Below are positions 18,563 to 28,084 of a DNA stretch of 35,587 bases, piece after piece (positions within the stretch are counted from its first letter, which is position 1; the number at the start of each line of letters is the position of its first letter). The stretch is taken from positions 1-35,587 of IMG/VR virus record IMGVR_UViG_3300032212_000679; one strand, given 5' to 3'. The position numbers and the translations under genes are program-made. Below the pieces are notes generated by a model. That model was not told where the DNA came from and made no database searches. It saw only the letters and a list, made by a program, of their open reading frames with translations. Origin of the DNA: a virus (lineage: Duplodnaviria > Caudoviricetes).

Positions 18563-18787
18563 TTATACTTTAATATCCGGATAATTATCACCTAATTCAA
18601 TGAGAGCTTTATTGTATAACCCTTCTTCAAGCATTAACTTTTCAATAGCTACACCAAGGGCTACTTCTTCTTTAGCCATGATATGCTGCACAACTTCGAT
18701 AGTTCTATATGATAATGATGGCTTATTTGTTAAATTGTCTCTTTTATCCCAATAAGAGGTTTTGTGAATTTTTGGATTACCCATCAA
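18563..18787 (-). CDS. Small putative DNA-binding protein (RHH-like; possible late activator)
   Basis: Strand-helix-helix pattern; coupled to terL stop. Confidence 0.4.
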   Translation of the reverse strand: MMGNPKIHKTSYWDKRDNLTNKPSLSYRTIEVVQHIMAKEEVALGVAIEKLMLEEGLYNKALIELGDNYPDIKV

Positions 18788-20676
18788 TATTCATCCCTCC
18801 AATCATTGTAGTTGTTCGTATCTTCACTCTCTTCTTCATCTAACTCAGTACTATTTAGCTCCTCCTCTATTTTTTCAAGTAGTTCATTTTCTAGTACATC
18901 CCAGTCAATACCATCAACCGGATAATATATCATCTCAAGTATTTCAAGTGCAGCTATTGAGTAAGCTCTAACATCAAGAGCCTCATTTCTAGTTCTAAAC
19001 TTCACCCAACGACCTGTATCATCTCTCTTTTCAGCAGTTATCTGTTTAAAGTATCTTTGATCATAGACAAACTCTGTATCAGTTGGCTCTCTTTTAGGAT
19101 AGTGCATAAAGCCTGGTCCTACTTCCTCTGTCATGAGATGAGTATGCACAACATCTTTGGCAGCATTTACACCAACACTAAAAAGAGGAATTTTACCTTT
19201 GTTATTTCTGCTTGGAGTTCCCTTTACAACTGGGGTAGCAACACCCTTATCACCCTTAATAGCAAAAATATCCAAGTCGTATCTTTTTTTACAGTAAGCA
19301 TAAACATATTTTGTTCTGTGTCCTCCGGTATCTATACATGTGGCCATAACTTTTAGATCTATACCACTCTCATGTCTATATGTCTGTTCTATCAGTAACT
19401 TATCTAGTTTTTCCCATACTTTTGGATATTTTGGGTCACCATCTAAAACAAAGTAGCCTATACTCCAAGACTCACCAAACTTACCCCACCCTACTATCTC
19501 ACACTCTAGTCTGTCATCTTGGGTATCTACACCAGCTGTAAGAATTAAAACTCCATCTGGTACCGTTGCATTGTAAACCTCACATCTGTCATCAAATCTA
19601 TGTTCATCTACTTTCTCAAAGTTTTCTTCCCATACATTTGCATCACGAGTATTAGTCCATGTTTTCATTAGAGTAGTATCACCCTGTTTCATTTTCTTTT
19701 TTGCTTCTAAAAATTCTCTAAAAATTTCATTCCATGTAAGCATTGGTGATAAATAAGAGGGAATATTAAATCCGGCATGAATATGTCCGGGGTTTTGTGG
19801 TGTCCATTTGGCACCATTTTTCTCATCCATCATCCATTTTTTATGATGCTCTTCTATTAAGCTTCCACAATGAGGGCAACACGCTTTCACATCACCTATA
19901 AGTGTATATGTTTCAGGGTCATAATCAAATATGAAAGTATCTTTTTGAAAATAAAAAAGCCCTTTACACTCAAGACATACAACTTCATATTCCCTCTGAT
20001 CACTCTCTTCATATTCAGTTTCAATATTACTTCTACCTTTAACTGTTGGTGTCGAGTTTATATATATTTTTCTATTTGGAAAAGCATCCGTTCTTTTTTT
20101 AAAAACAGATACCGCACTACCCTCACCGTTTAGATCATGTGGAAAACCGTCAATGTCATCTAAATCAACAACTTTAAAACTAAGTGATCTACCTTGAGCT
20201 GTAGAGTTTGACCAACCAAAAACTAAATTTCCGCCAGGAAACTTCATACCATCGGCATCACCTAAATCATCCTTAGTTTTGCCTCTAATAATCTTAGAAG
20301 ATAAATTTGGCATAAGCTGTAAACTTGGTATGAGCTTTATCTTTCTGTGTTTCTTCATTAAGCTTTCAGTAGGCATTACAAGCAACATACTACAAGGATA
20401 AATATCCATATAACAAAGCAAAAAATTATTACCAATCTCAGTACCGCCGATTTGTGTACCTTTTTTAACTTTAATTTGTTGTCTCGGATTTTGTGGACTT
20501 AATTCATCCATAATCTCCCTTACAAACGGGAACCTACTTGTTCTCCATTGACCAGGTTCTGCACTAGATTCTTTTGGCAGCTTTCTTCTATCATCTGCCC
20601 ATTGAGATATAGTAAATAATGGGTCAGGCTTTAAACCTTCCCTAAAAGAACGAATATACAAACCGTCATTAATCAT
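18784..20676 (-). CDS. terL: Terminase large subunit, GpA family
   Basis: KGTQIGGTE Walker A, DDID Walker B, STPT, AGVDTQDDR, CIDTGGH, RNEALD. Confidence 0.95.
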   Translation of the reverse strand: MINDGLYIRSFREGLKPDPLFTISQWADDRRKLPKESSAEPGQWRTSRFPFVREIMDELSPQNPRQQIKVKKGTQIGGTEIGNNFLLCYMDIYPCSMLLVMPTESLMKKHRKIKLIPSLQLMPNLSSKIIRGKTKDDLGDADGMKFPGGNLVFGWSNSTAQGRSLSFKVVDLDDIDGFPHDLNGEGSAVSVFKKRTDAFPNRKIYINSTPTVKGRSNIETEYEESDQREYEVVCLECKGLFYFQKDTFIFDYDPETYTLIGDVKACCPHCGSLIEEHHKKWMMDEKNGAKWTPQNPGHIHAGFNIPSYLSPMLTWNEIFREFLEAKKKMKQGDTTLMKTWTNTRDANVWEENFEKVDEHRFDDRCEVYNATVPDGVLILTAGVDTQDDRLECEIVGWGKFGESWSIGYFVLDGDPKYPKVWEKLDKLLIEQTYRHESGIDLKVMATCIDTGGHRTKYVYAYCKKRYDLDIFAIKGDKGVATPVVKGTPSRNNKGKIPLFSVGVNAAKDVVHTHLMTEEVGPGFMHYPKREPTDTEFVYDQRYFKQITAEKRDDTGRWVKFRTRNEALDVRAYSIAALEILEMIYYPVDGIDWDVLENELLEKIEEELNSTELDEEESEDTNNYNDWRDEY

Positions 20677-21436
20677 TAGCTAAATCCTCTAGCACATAAT
20701 TAATCTCTTTTATAAGTATCTGTGTAATCTCTGGTTTATCTTTTCCAATAAGTTCAGATGATAATCTATCAGGAAGAGATAAAAAACCGTCTCTAACTTT
20801 ACGAGCTATTTCAAAAGCTTCTTTTTCAACTATTGAAGTATCAACCAGTCTTTTTTCCAGTTCTTGATTTTTCAAAAACTTTTCTATTTTTACATCTTCA
20901 TCTTTTGAGATACTAGCTTTTTGTAATGGGCTCTTTGTTAAGGATATTAAACCTTTGTAAAATTTTCTAATATCACTAATACTTTGTGGCTTAAATTCTT
21001 CCAAATCTTTTGATATTACTTCTGGAAGACTATCATTTGTACTATTTGAAATATCATCTTTTTTATTTATAAAATCAACATAAGCTTTTAAAGCTAGAAC
21101 TCTTTTTAATTTTTTGCCTTCATAACATTCTTTAAATACATCAATTTTATCTAGTCTTGTTATTTCAGTAGCAGATTTTAAAGAAAATGCTAAAGCTAAG
21201 TCTTTCTTAGTAATATATAATTTGTTTAAATCTTTATTTTTATCATTAGCTTCTCTTTGAGAATCTCTTTTAAAATCATAATTATTTACATATGCTTCAA
21301 TTGTTTCAAATCTTAATAATTCATCCCCTTTATAACAGTGATCAAAGATACCTTTTTTTTCAAGCTTTGTTATGTATGGTGATGAAGTTCCTACAATTCT
21401 TGAAAGTTCACTCTTTTTGATGGTATTTTCACTCAT
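20669..21436 (-). CDS. terS: Terminase small subunit (Nu1-like) with duplicated wHTH
   Basis: Overlaps terL start; LVD...ARKVRDGFLSLPDRLS...EINYVLEDLA C-terminus. Confidence 0.8.
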   Translation of the reverse strand: MSENTIKKSELSRIVGTSSPYITKLEKKGIFDHCYKGDELLRFETIEAYVNNYDFKRDSQREANDKNKDLNKLYITKKDLALAFSLKSATEITRLDKIDVFKECYEGKKLKRVLALKAYVDFINKKDDISNSTNDSLPEVISKDLEEFKPQSISDIRKFYKGLISLTKSPLQKASISKDEDVKIEKFLKNQELEKRLVDTSIVEKEAFEIARKVRDGFLSLPDRLSSELIGKDKPEITQILIKEINYVLEDLAND

Positions 21437-21493
21437 TCTTTACCTCTGAAACTTATATATAGCTGAAAAATATCCATAATACACAAATACACA

Positions 21494-21654
21494 AACTTGG
21501 TTAATCTTCCTAATAATTACTATATACACGAACTTTAAGCTACTTGTTGAAGATATATTTATCATCAAAAAGTTAACCAAGTTGAAAAATCTACAAACTA
21601 ACTGAATAATGAGGTTCACACTACCCTTAAGAGTTAAATGTCTCAGAAGTACCT
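21494..21654 (-). other. Candidate cos packaging site (cosQ/cosN/cosB-like)
   Basis: AGGTACT-N21-GGGTAGTGTGAACCT resembles lambda GGGTCCT...GGGCGGCGACCT; 11-bp IR AACTTGGTTAA at 21494-21504 / 21573-21583; upstream of terS. Confidence 0.55.
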
Positions 21655-21837
21655 TTTTTAGGGCTTTGCTCTCATATTTTATTTTTATTATATATTCCCT
21701 ATAGTTATTTTTCTTTAACCATGTATGTAATGGTAAGTTTATTCCCTTGATTAAATACTTTACAATAGATTTTATTATTTTAACTGACAACAAAATTTCT
21801 AACCTATTTATAACGGTAGGAAAAACAGATAAATTAA

Positions 21838-22551
21838 TCATTTAGAAGTCCACATTGCAAGGTTATATGCTTTAGAAAAATGATCGTTACCTCGTCTTGT
21901 AATTACCTTTACTAATACATCATTTAGATCAAACTGTTTCTTATACTCTGGCTTTTCAGCAATGCGTAATAGACACACTGGTTTATCATGTCCAGGCATC
22001 CTCGCATATATCCCCGGAGCAAGTGGAGACTTTGATTTACCAGTGATGACAAAAAATCTAGCATTAGTTTTATTTGCTCCTTTACGCTTGCGACTTTGTT
22101 TAGTTTCATTTGCGTTGTATCCAGCTTTAAAATTAAGCTTTATCTGTGACATAATCTGAACATATACTTGTGGTCTGATTGTAACCCCCGGTGGTGGTGT
22201 AAGTATTTCATGTTTATACATAAAGCCTTGATGTATCATTGCTTTTTCCAAACCTTTACGCTCACGGTTTCCGCCTTTGAAGTGATGGATTAGAGCTCTA
22301 TATTGCCAGCTAAATTCATCAACAAATAGTTCTGCATATGGTCTAGCCTTAGTCGCTTTCTTAATACGAAATGAACTAGGTACAGCTTGTTTTTTTATAT
22401 TTAACTTACCTCTGATCTCTGCTTTAACTGAATCTAAAGCATCAAACGCTATATTATTTGCTGTAAGCATCTGCATGTATGGCAGCTGTTTCTTTTCAAA
22501 GTAAGTCATACCTTTGATAATCTCTTCAATATTATTCTCTATTCTTGCCAT
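21838..22551 (-). CDS. gpZ-like neck/tail completion protein
   Basis: Basic; KQLPY..TAN, GG.RERK, PGIYAR, PEYKKQFD pattern. Confidence 0.6.
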   Translation of the reverse strand: MARIENNIEEIIKGMTYFEKKQLPYMQMLTANNIAFDALDSVKAEIRGKLNIKKQAVPSSFRIKKATKARPYAELFVDEFSWQYRALIHHFKGGNRERKGLEKAMIHQGFMYKHEILTPPPGVTIRPQVYVQIMSQIKLNFKAGYNANETKQSRKRKGANKTNARFFVITGKSKSPLAPGIYARMPGHDKPVCLLRIAEKPEYKKQFDLNDVLVKVITRRGNDHFSKAYNLAMWTSK

Positions 22552-22552
22552 C

Positions 22553-23638
22553 TTATGCCACCTTATATAATTTTTCTACATGAATACGGCCACTATTAGG
22601 CATGAGCTTTGCATACTTCATTGTCTGTTGTATATCTGCATGGTTCATTAGTTCTTGTATCTTTTGAATGGTTGTATTATTGATTGCTAAGTGACTAGCG
22701 AATGTGTGTCTAAGCGTGTGTGGTACTACTCTATTCTGTGCATCTTTCTTGTCTAATCCCTCATTAAATTCATCAAATATTGGCTTTAAAAGTTTATATA
22801 TCTTTGCTTTCTTTATTGCTTCACCATCATATGAAACTACAAAGTCATTCGGTCTAAAGTTTTTAATATGCACTATCAACATATTAAAAACTTCCTCTTC
22901 CAAATAGCCTGTGTAGTTCATGTGTCGCTTGTAGTCATAAAGAGTAACAATTTTCTGATCTATATCAATATCTTTCACTTGAATATCTAAAACACTTTGC
23001 AACCTTGCACCAGTAGTTAATGCGATCTTCACATATAGTTTTAGCATACCATCATCTTTAGTTGATTCTATAAGCCTCTTAATTTCAGAGATACTTAAGT
23101 ATCTTAGACGTGTATTGTTGATCTTATGCAGCCTTATATTTTTAAAAGGACTATATGCGATCATGCCACTCTTGATGCCAAAATTTATAATTCTTTTGAC
23201 CAACTTTACAATTGTATTGCTGCTACTATCAGCTAACCCAACCTCTAATAATGCAGATTGTAAATCAGTGATATATTTATCATTTAAGTTTGCTATAACT
23301 ACATCACCAAAACGATATTTAATATGTTTCTTATATGCCAGTGATGATTGATGATTACTTTTATTTGTTGAAGACATAGATCTAAAAAAAGCAGTTGCCA
23401 GTTCATCAAAACTTAGTTGTTTAGAACTCTTTTGTGTTAAGTCTTTACCGTTTCTAAGTTCACTTAGCTTCTTGTTTCTAAGCTCTATACACTTAGCTTC
23501 AGTTATCCCTTCACTCTTTTGTCCTACCTTTTGACATATAGTCTTTTGTTTTGATTTATAAACAATATAGTAAGAAATATCCCCATTCTTTAAATGGTTT
23601 TTTTGTACTCTTGATCCATATCGTGAAGAGGAAGTCAT
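22553..23638 (-). CDS. Tyrosine recombinase/integrase
   Basis: TGARLQ (R), HTLRHTFAS (HxxR), NH (H), TMKY (Y); arm-binding-like N-terminus. Confidence 0.92.
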   Translation of the reverse strand: MTSSSRYGSRVQKNHLKNGDISYYIVYKSKQKTICQKVGQKSEGITEAKCIELRNKKLSELRNGKDLTQKSSKQLSFDELATAFFRSMSSTNKSNHQSSLAYKKHIKYRFGDVVIANLNDKYITDLQSALLEVGLADSSSNTIVKLVKRIINFGIKSGMIAYSPFKNIRLHKINNTRLRYLSISEIKRLIESTKDDGMLKLYVKIALTTGARLQSVLDIQVKDIDIDQKIVTLYDYKRHMNYTGYLEEEVFNMLIVHIKNFRPNDFVVSYDGEAIKKAKIYKLLKPIFDEFNEGLDKKDAQNRVVPHTLRHTFASHLAINNTTIQKIQELMNHADIQQTMKYAKLMPNSGRIHVEKLYKVA

Positions 23639-24444
23639 TATGCTACATCCACAAATGTAATCTCATTAGATCTTAATTTTTCTAAGTATTTAGATACAGA
23701 AAATTTAAAAGCTTTTTCACTTGTAGTTAAAACCTCATTAGCATATATACCTGTTATTTCATCTTCACCACTTTTAACTTTTATATTTTGAGGTAAATAG
23801 ACCAAATAAAGTTCATTATCTATGAATGTGCTGAGTCCAACTATATTTTCACTATCTTTTAAATCAGATACATAAGCCTTATACGCTTTTGCAACTATCT
23901 TGATATTTAAATAGCCTTTTACTCTTTCGTAACTTTTGTAAGCATTATCCTTACCACCCAACCATCTTTTAGCTATGAATCTAAGTTCACTATAAATAAT
24001 ATTAAACTCTCCATCATTTGCATGATTTGAGTTTTGCGTCTTTGTTGTTGTATTAATATTAAAGTCTTGGTTGCATTGGTGTTGCATTGGTGTTGCATTG
24101 GTTTTTTCAAACTCCGTACTTGTAGTACTTTCAGGGGTCTTTTTTATTTCATTGGTGTTGCATTGGTGTTGCATTTGTTTTTTTACAGAGCTATAGTGTT
24201 GCTTGTTTTTAAGCTCCCAGAATGTAAAAAACTTAGATATTTCATCTTTAAACTCTACTATCCATCTTTGAACTGATCCTCTATTTTTACCCCATGATTC
24301 AGCATAGAAACTAATGCTGTTCACTTCATCATCATGCATATCACTAAAGTATTCCATAAAAGCCCTAGCTTTCTCTCTTTTACGACTTTGTTTTAGTTTA
24401 TTTACATAATTTGCTGGTAAATTTATATAATACTGCTGCATCAT
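23638..24444 (-). CDS. Replication initiator (lambda O-like) containing origin iterons
   Basis: N-terminal wHTH (ISFYAESWGKNRGSVQRW); low-complexity linker carrying repeats; next to helicase. Confidence 0.7.
   Translation of the reverse strand: MMQQYYINLPANYVNKLKQSRKREKARAFMEYFSDMHDDEVNSISFYAESWGKNRGSVQRWIVEFKDEISKFFTFWELKNKQHYSSVKKQMQHQCNTNEIKKTPESTTSTEFEKTNATPMQHQCNQDFNINTTTKTQNSNHANDGEFNIIYSELRFIAKRWLGGKDNAYKSYERVKGYLNIKIVAKAYKAYVSDLKDSENIVGLSTFIDNELYLVYLPQNIKVKSGEDEITGIYANEVLTTSEKAFKFSVSKYLEKLRSNEITFVDVA
24071..24179. repeat. Replication origin iterons: two triplets of 11-bp TTGCATTGGTG
   Basis: Copies at 24071, 24082, 24093 and 24147, 24158, 24169; AT-rich flank. Confidence 0.8.
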
Positions 24445-25676
24445 TTAAGCTCAGGCATTTCTATTTTTTTAGGTTCATTGGATGCACTTGATGTGTAAGC
24501 AATTTCATAAAGAGAAGGTGCATGTTCTTGGAGCATAACGGTCTTAGGGTTTATATACATCTCTTCTTTAAATTCATTACCGTTTTGTCTATTCTTCTCA
24601 CAAATAAAATTACGCTTTTTTTCAATATTTTTATCCTTTTGAATAAAGAACATGATATCCGCATCATGGTCTGCATCCCCACTACCCTTAACGGCCATAA
24701 AACCACTTTTAAGATCTTCCTTGCTTACTTGAACTATTAGTATTATAATTATGTCAAGCTCTATACATAGCCTTGATAACCTTGCTGTAATATCACTTAT
24801 CTGTTCATTACGTTTTTCTTTAAGATATTTATTTGTGATTTTCATTAATGAGTCAATTGTAAAAAACTTAGTGCCAGATCTAGCTAGTTTTTTTATAGTT
24901 TTTTCTATCTGGGATATATCCCTGCCCTTGTCAATAATTTTTATATTTTTTCTTTGATTAATATTTAGGTTAGCTCTTTTTGCTCTCATAGCCAACTTAT
25001 ACTTAGGCATCTCAAAACTAAGGTATGCACCTTTAAACCCTTGAGATACATTATAAAGCCACTGAAGTGTAAAAGCTGTTTTACCACTTCCTTTTTCCCC
25101 ACCGGTCATTATGAGCTGTGCAAGTTCCAAGCCGCCACCAAAACGAGTATCTATCACATTTATACCAGTTTCATATTTTGGTTTTATAGGCATACTGTCC
25201 AGATCTATTATCGCATCATCTAAATCTTGTACTTCTATATCACTGCTATCATTATCTTCTATAAGTTTTATTTCATTTAAAATATTAGACAAAACTTCAT
25301 CAACAGTTAAATTCTCTTCTATTACACCTCTTTTTATAGCTGTAGTAATATTTAGGAGTTTTCTTTTGTTTGATAACTCTTTCACTTCTTCACAGTAAGA
25401 TTTTGTGTCATATATAGGGTTTGCACTCATAACCTCAATCATTACACAATCATCAAATTTTTTAATCATCAAGAGCTCTTTTTTCATAAACTCTTCATCT
25501 ATAGGAAGATTTTTCTGAGTAAGTGTTGTCATAGAGTTAAATATATCTTGATGGGCCGGTAGATAAAAATCATCTGTATGCAAAAGTGGTTGTAGCTCTT
25601 CAAATAACTTAGGTTCAAAGATAATAGAATTAAGTATACTTCTCTCAAATGCTATATTATAAAGGCTGTCTTGCAT
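24441..25676 (-). CDS. DnaB-like replicative helicase (start likely ATG25676)
   Basis: ERSILNSII...DFYLPAHQDIF N-domain; GGEKGSGKT, SFEMP, IDSL, Q, HDADI, KNR. Confidence 0.85.
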   Translation of the reverse strand: MQDSLYNIAFERSILNSIIFEPKLFEELQPLLHTDDFYLPAHQDIFNSMTTLTQKNLPIDEEFMKKELLMIKKFDDCVMIEVMSANPIYDTKSYCEEVKELSNKRKLLNITTAIKRGVIEENLTVDEVLSNILNEIKLIEDNDSSDIEVQDLDDAIIDLDSMPIKPKYETGINVIDTRFGGGLELAQLIMTGGEKGSGKTAFTLQWLYNVSQGFKGAYLSFEMPKYKLAMRAKRANLNINQRKNIKIIDKGRDISQIEKTIKKLARSGTKFFTIDSLMKITNKYLKEKRNEQISDITARLSRLCIELDIIIILIVQVSKEDLKSGFMAVKGSGDADHDADIMFFIQKDKNIEKKRNFICEKNRQNGNEFKEEMYINPKTVMLQEHAPSLYEIAYTSSASNEPKKIEMPELK

Positions 25677-25785
25677 TAGTAAGCCTTTGCTTTTTGTCTT
25701 AAGCTTACTACAAAATCCCATTTTTTGCTTTGAGATATTAAGTTACAGCTAACAACTACTTTTATGAGTAAAAATATTATAAATT

Positions 25786-26289
25786 TCATTGTTTATCTTC
25801 TACAATTTTTAGATTTTTTACACTGTTTTCAAGTACTGCGAGAGCCGTTTGTGCCTCTTTTATCTCTTTTAGTATTTGTCTCTTTTCATCTTCATCAATA
25901 TTATTGTCTGCTAGATCTAACTTGGCTTCTCTAAACACATCAGAACCTTCAATGTTTGCAATATCAACAAGATGGTGTATATCTTTTATGGAGACGGTTA
26001 CCTGCTGTGCCGGTATAGCCAACATCCCTACTTCGTGAGCTATCTTCTCAATTATTCTGGTATCAGATGTTAAACGAGTTATATCTATTATTCTATCAGC
26101 ACTCAAAGGCTTTTCAGGTTGGTTCGGGTCCAGCTGCTTTCTAAGATAACCTTGAGTAGTTCCAAGTTCCTGAGCCACATAGTCAATCTTTTTATTAGTT
26201 CGGTCCATATAGTTTTTTATGACCTTTTGAGCTATTCTATATACCTCCTCTTTTGCTGTTTCATTACCACCGAAAATATCATCTATCAT
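25786..26289 (-). CDS. CII-like phage regulatory protein
   Basis: VAQELGT..YLRKQLDPNQP..L; DNNIDEDEK C-terminus; follows cro. Confidence 0.65.
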   Translation of the reverse strand: MIDDIFGGNETAKEEVYRIAQKVIKNYMDRTNKKIDYVAQELGTTQGYLRKQLDPNQPEKPLSADRIIDITRLTSDTRIIEKIAHEVGMLAIPAQQVTVSIKDIHHLVDIANIEGSDVFREAKLDLADNNIDEDEKRQILKEIKEAQTALAVLENSVKNLKIVEDKQ

Positions 26290-26317
26290 TTCAACTCCTT
26301 AATATAGGTATAAAACT

Positions 26318-26578
26318 TTAAGTTTTTGCACTTGAGCTAATTTCACTATCTTCTGTATTATTTTGTACATTAAAAGTGAACAACTCATCAAAAGTTACTT
26401 TTCTGTTTGTAATTTTTGTTAAATATTTAACAGTTGGTGACAAAAATGCTTTTGGAATACCGTTTCCATTGAGCCAATTTTGCACATTTTGCCTAGTTGT
26501 ACATATATTTTTAGCATATTCTGCATTTGAAATATTATGTTTTTCTAGGATGTTAATTACATAGTTAATATCTTTCAT
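26318..26578 (-). CDS. Cro-like HTH repressor (probably leaderless, ATG26578)
   Basis: SNAEYAKNICTTRQNVQNW HTH; divergent from cI. Confidence 0.75.
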   Translation of the reverse strand: MKDINYVINILEKHNISNAEYAKNICTTRQNVQNWLNGNGIPKAFLSPTVKYLTKITNRKVTFDELFTFNVQNNTEDSEISSSAKT

Positions 26579-26584
26579 GTGCAT

Positions 26585-26673
26585 ATTGTACATAATTTAT
26601 TTACATATGTCAATATAAATGTACATTTTGTAAATGTTTTTATTTTGCTTTTGATGTACAATATTTATTTACA
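26585..26673. promoter_or_regulatory. PR/PRM divergent promoters with operators TGTA-N11-TACA
   Basis: Minus-strand TTGACA-17-TACAAT (26613-26585); operators at 26587-26605 and 26655-26673. Confidence 0.8.
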
Positions 26674-26685
26674 AAGGTTTGATTT

Positions 26686-27441
26686 ATGAATGAACACATT
26701 AATTTTGAAAAAGTTGAAACACTACTAGAAAACTCAGGGAAAAGAAAAGGTGACTTTTATGACTTTGTAGGTTATACAAGACAAAGTTCTAGTAATTTCA
26801 AAGCTCAGGGCTATATCCCAGCTAAACATGCTAGTAAAATAGCTCAATTTTTTGGAATCAGCACACAAATATTATTTAATAATGATGAGATTACAAATAT
26901 TAATAATATTGAAGAAATAGTTAGAACAGAAATAGCAAATAACCCAGATAAGTACACTGACTTGATAAACAACCCTATAAATAATCAAAACTTTTCAATG
27001 CTTCTGTCATACAATATAAAAGCTGGTGCTGGTGCTGAAGGGTTTTTGCCTGACACATTAGAAGCTACGAAGATACCAATATCTAACAAATTTTTAAATG
27101 GCTCTAATGCTGACTTTTTACATATCATTCAAGTTGCCGGAGATAGTATGTACCCTACTGTATCAGATAATGACTGGCTTATTATTGACATGGTTAGTAA
27201 TGGTGAGACTTGTAGACAGTTTGAAAAAGTAAACGGTATATATTTGATTAACAGAGATGGTCTGGTACAAATAAAAAGACTAGAGTTTTTGGGTAAAAAA
27301 GGTATAGATATTATTTCAGACAATCAAGCATATGAAACTAAAAACACTATAAAAGATCACATAGAACTTGAAATAATCGGAAAACTTTTTAAGCAAGTAA
27401 AAGACCTAGGCTCTTTAACTATTACAGAGCTAAGTGATTAA
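26686..27441 (+). CDS. CI-like repressor, HTH plus S24 autopeptidase
   Basis: AG cleavage site (KAGAG), GDSMYPT serine, IKRL lysine. Confidence 0.9.
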   Translation: MNEHINFEKVETLLENSGKRKGDFYDFVGYTRQSSSNFKAQGYIPAKHASKIAQFFGISTQILFNNDEITNINNIEEIVRTEIANNPDKYTDLINNPINNQNFSMLLSYNIKAGAGAEGFLPDTLEATKIPISNKFLNGSNADFLHIIQVAGDSMYPTVSDNDWLIIDMVSNGETCRQFEKVNGIYLINRDGLVQIKRLEFLGKKGIDIISDNQAYETKNTIKDHIELEIIGKLFKQVKDLGSLTITELSD

Positions 27442-27446
27442 ATCCG

Positions 27447-27683
27447 ATGGAAAACTTTAATTACACATTGTTAAATCAAGAAATAAAGAAGCAATACAAA
27501 AATAACAAAAAATTTCAAATTGCTTTAAGTAAAGTTGGTGTCATTGTTGGTGAAGAGGCAATCAAAAAATGGAGACAAGGGAATAGTGCCCCTAAAACAT
27601 TTAACATCGCTATCATCTGTAAACTATTAAATATAGATCTATATGAACTCTTTTTTATGAAACCACAAAATACCATCAGCTGA
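27447..27683 (+). CDS. XRE-like HTH protein
   Basis: AIKKWRQGNSAP...IAIICKLLNIDLYELF. Confidence 0.7.
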   Translation: MENFNYTLLNQEIKKQYKNNKKFQIALSKVGVIVGEEAIKKWRQGNSAPKTFNIAIICKLLNIDLYELFFMKPQNTIS

Positions 27684-27745
27684 TTAAGGATATATCAATA
27701 TTTAATTAAATATAATAAAAATTATTAAATCCAAAGGAAACAGAT

Positions 27746-28060
27746 ATGGCTCTAGTTGAATGTCCAGAGTGTAAAAAAGAAGTTAGTGATTCTGCATATA
27801 AGTGTCCAAATTGTAACTATGTGCTAAATAAACCTAAAAGAGGTGTAACTGGAATGGTTTTCAAAGGTTTATTCATTCTATTCAACGCCTTTATGGTTGT
27901 ATGGATTATTGCAGTATGGTCAGCTGGTGCTACTGATAATAGTACAGAGCTTGGAGCTGCAAAAGCTATGGGAACTGGTATGCTGATCTTTATGTGGATG
28001 CTGTTTGGAATACCTCTTGGTATAATGAACTATATCACTCGCCCAAAAGCTTACGAATAA
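27746..28060 (+). CDS. Zinc-ribbon two-TM membrane protein (moron)
   Basis: MALVECPECKKEVSDSAYKCPNC, two TM helices; own TATAAT at 27711 and AAGGA RBS. Confidence 0.8.
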   Translation: MALVECPECKKEVSDSAYKCPNCNYVLNKPKRGVTGMVFKGLFILFNAFMVVWIIAVWSAGATDNSTELGAAKAMGTGMLIFMWMLFGIPLGIMNYITRPKAYE

Positions 28061-28084
28061 TCAAAAATAAGATAAGGAATTAAA

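Noticed and set aside
21440-21841. 133-aa minus-strand ORF as a real gene
   Set aside because: Ile/Lys/Leu-biased low-information sequence overlapping the cos-like site; a short 5' part cannot be excluded
24071-24179. 11-bp repeats as CRISPR or VNTR
   Set aside because: No spacers; location inside the replication initiator fits iterons
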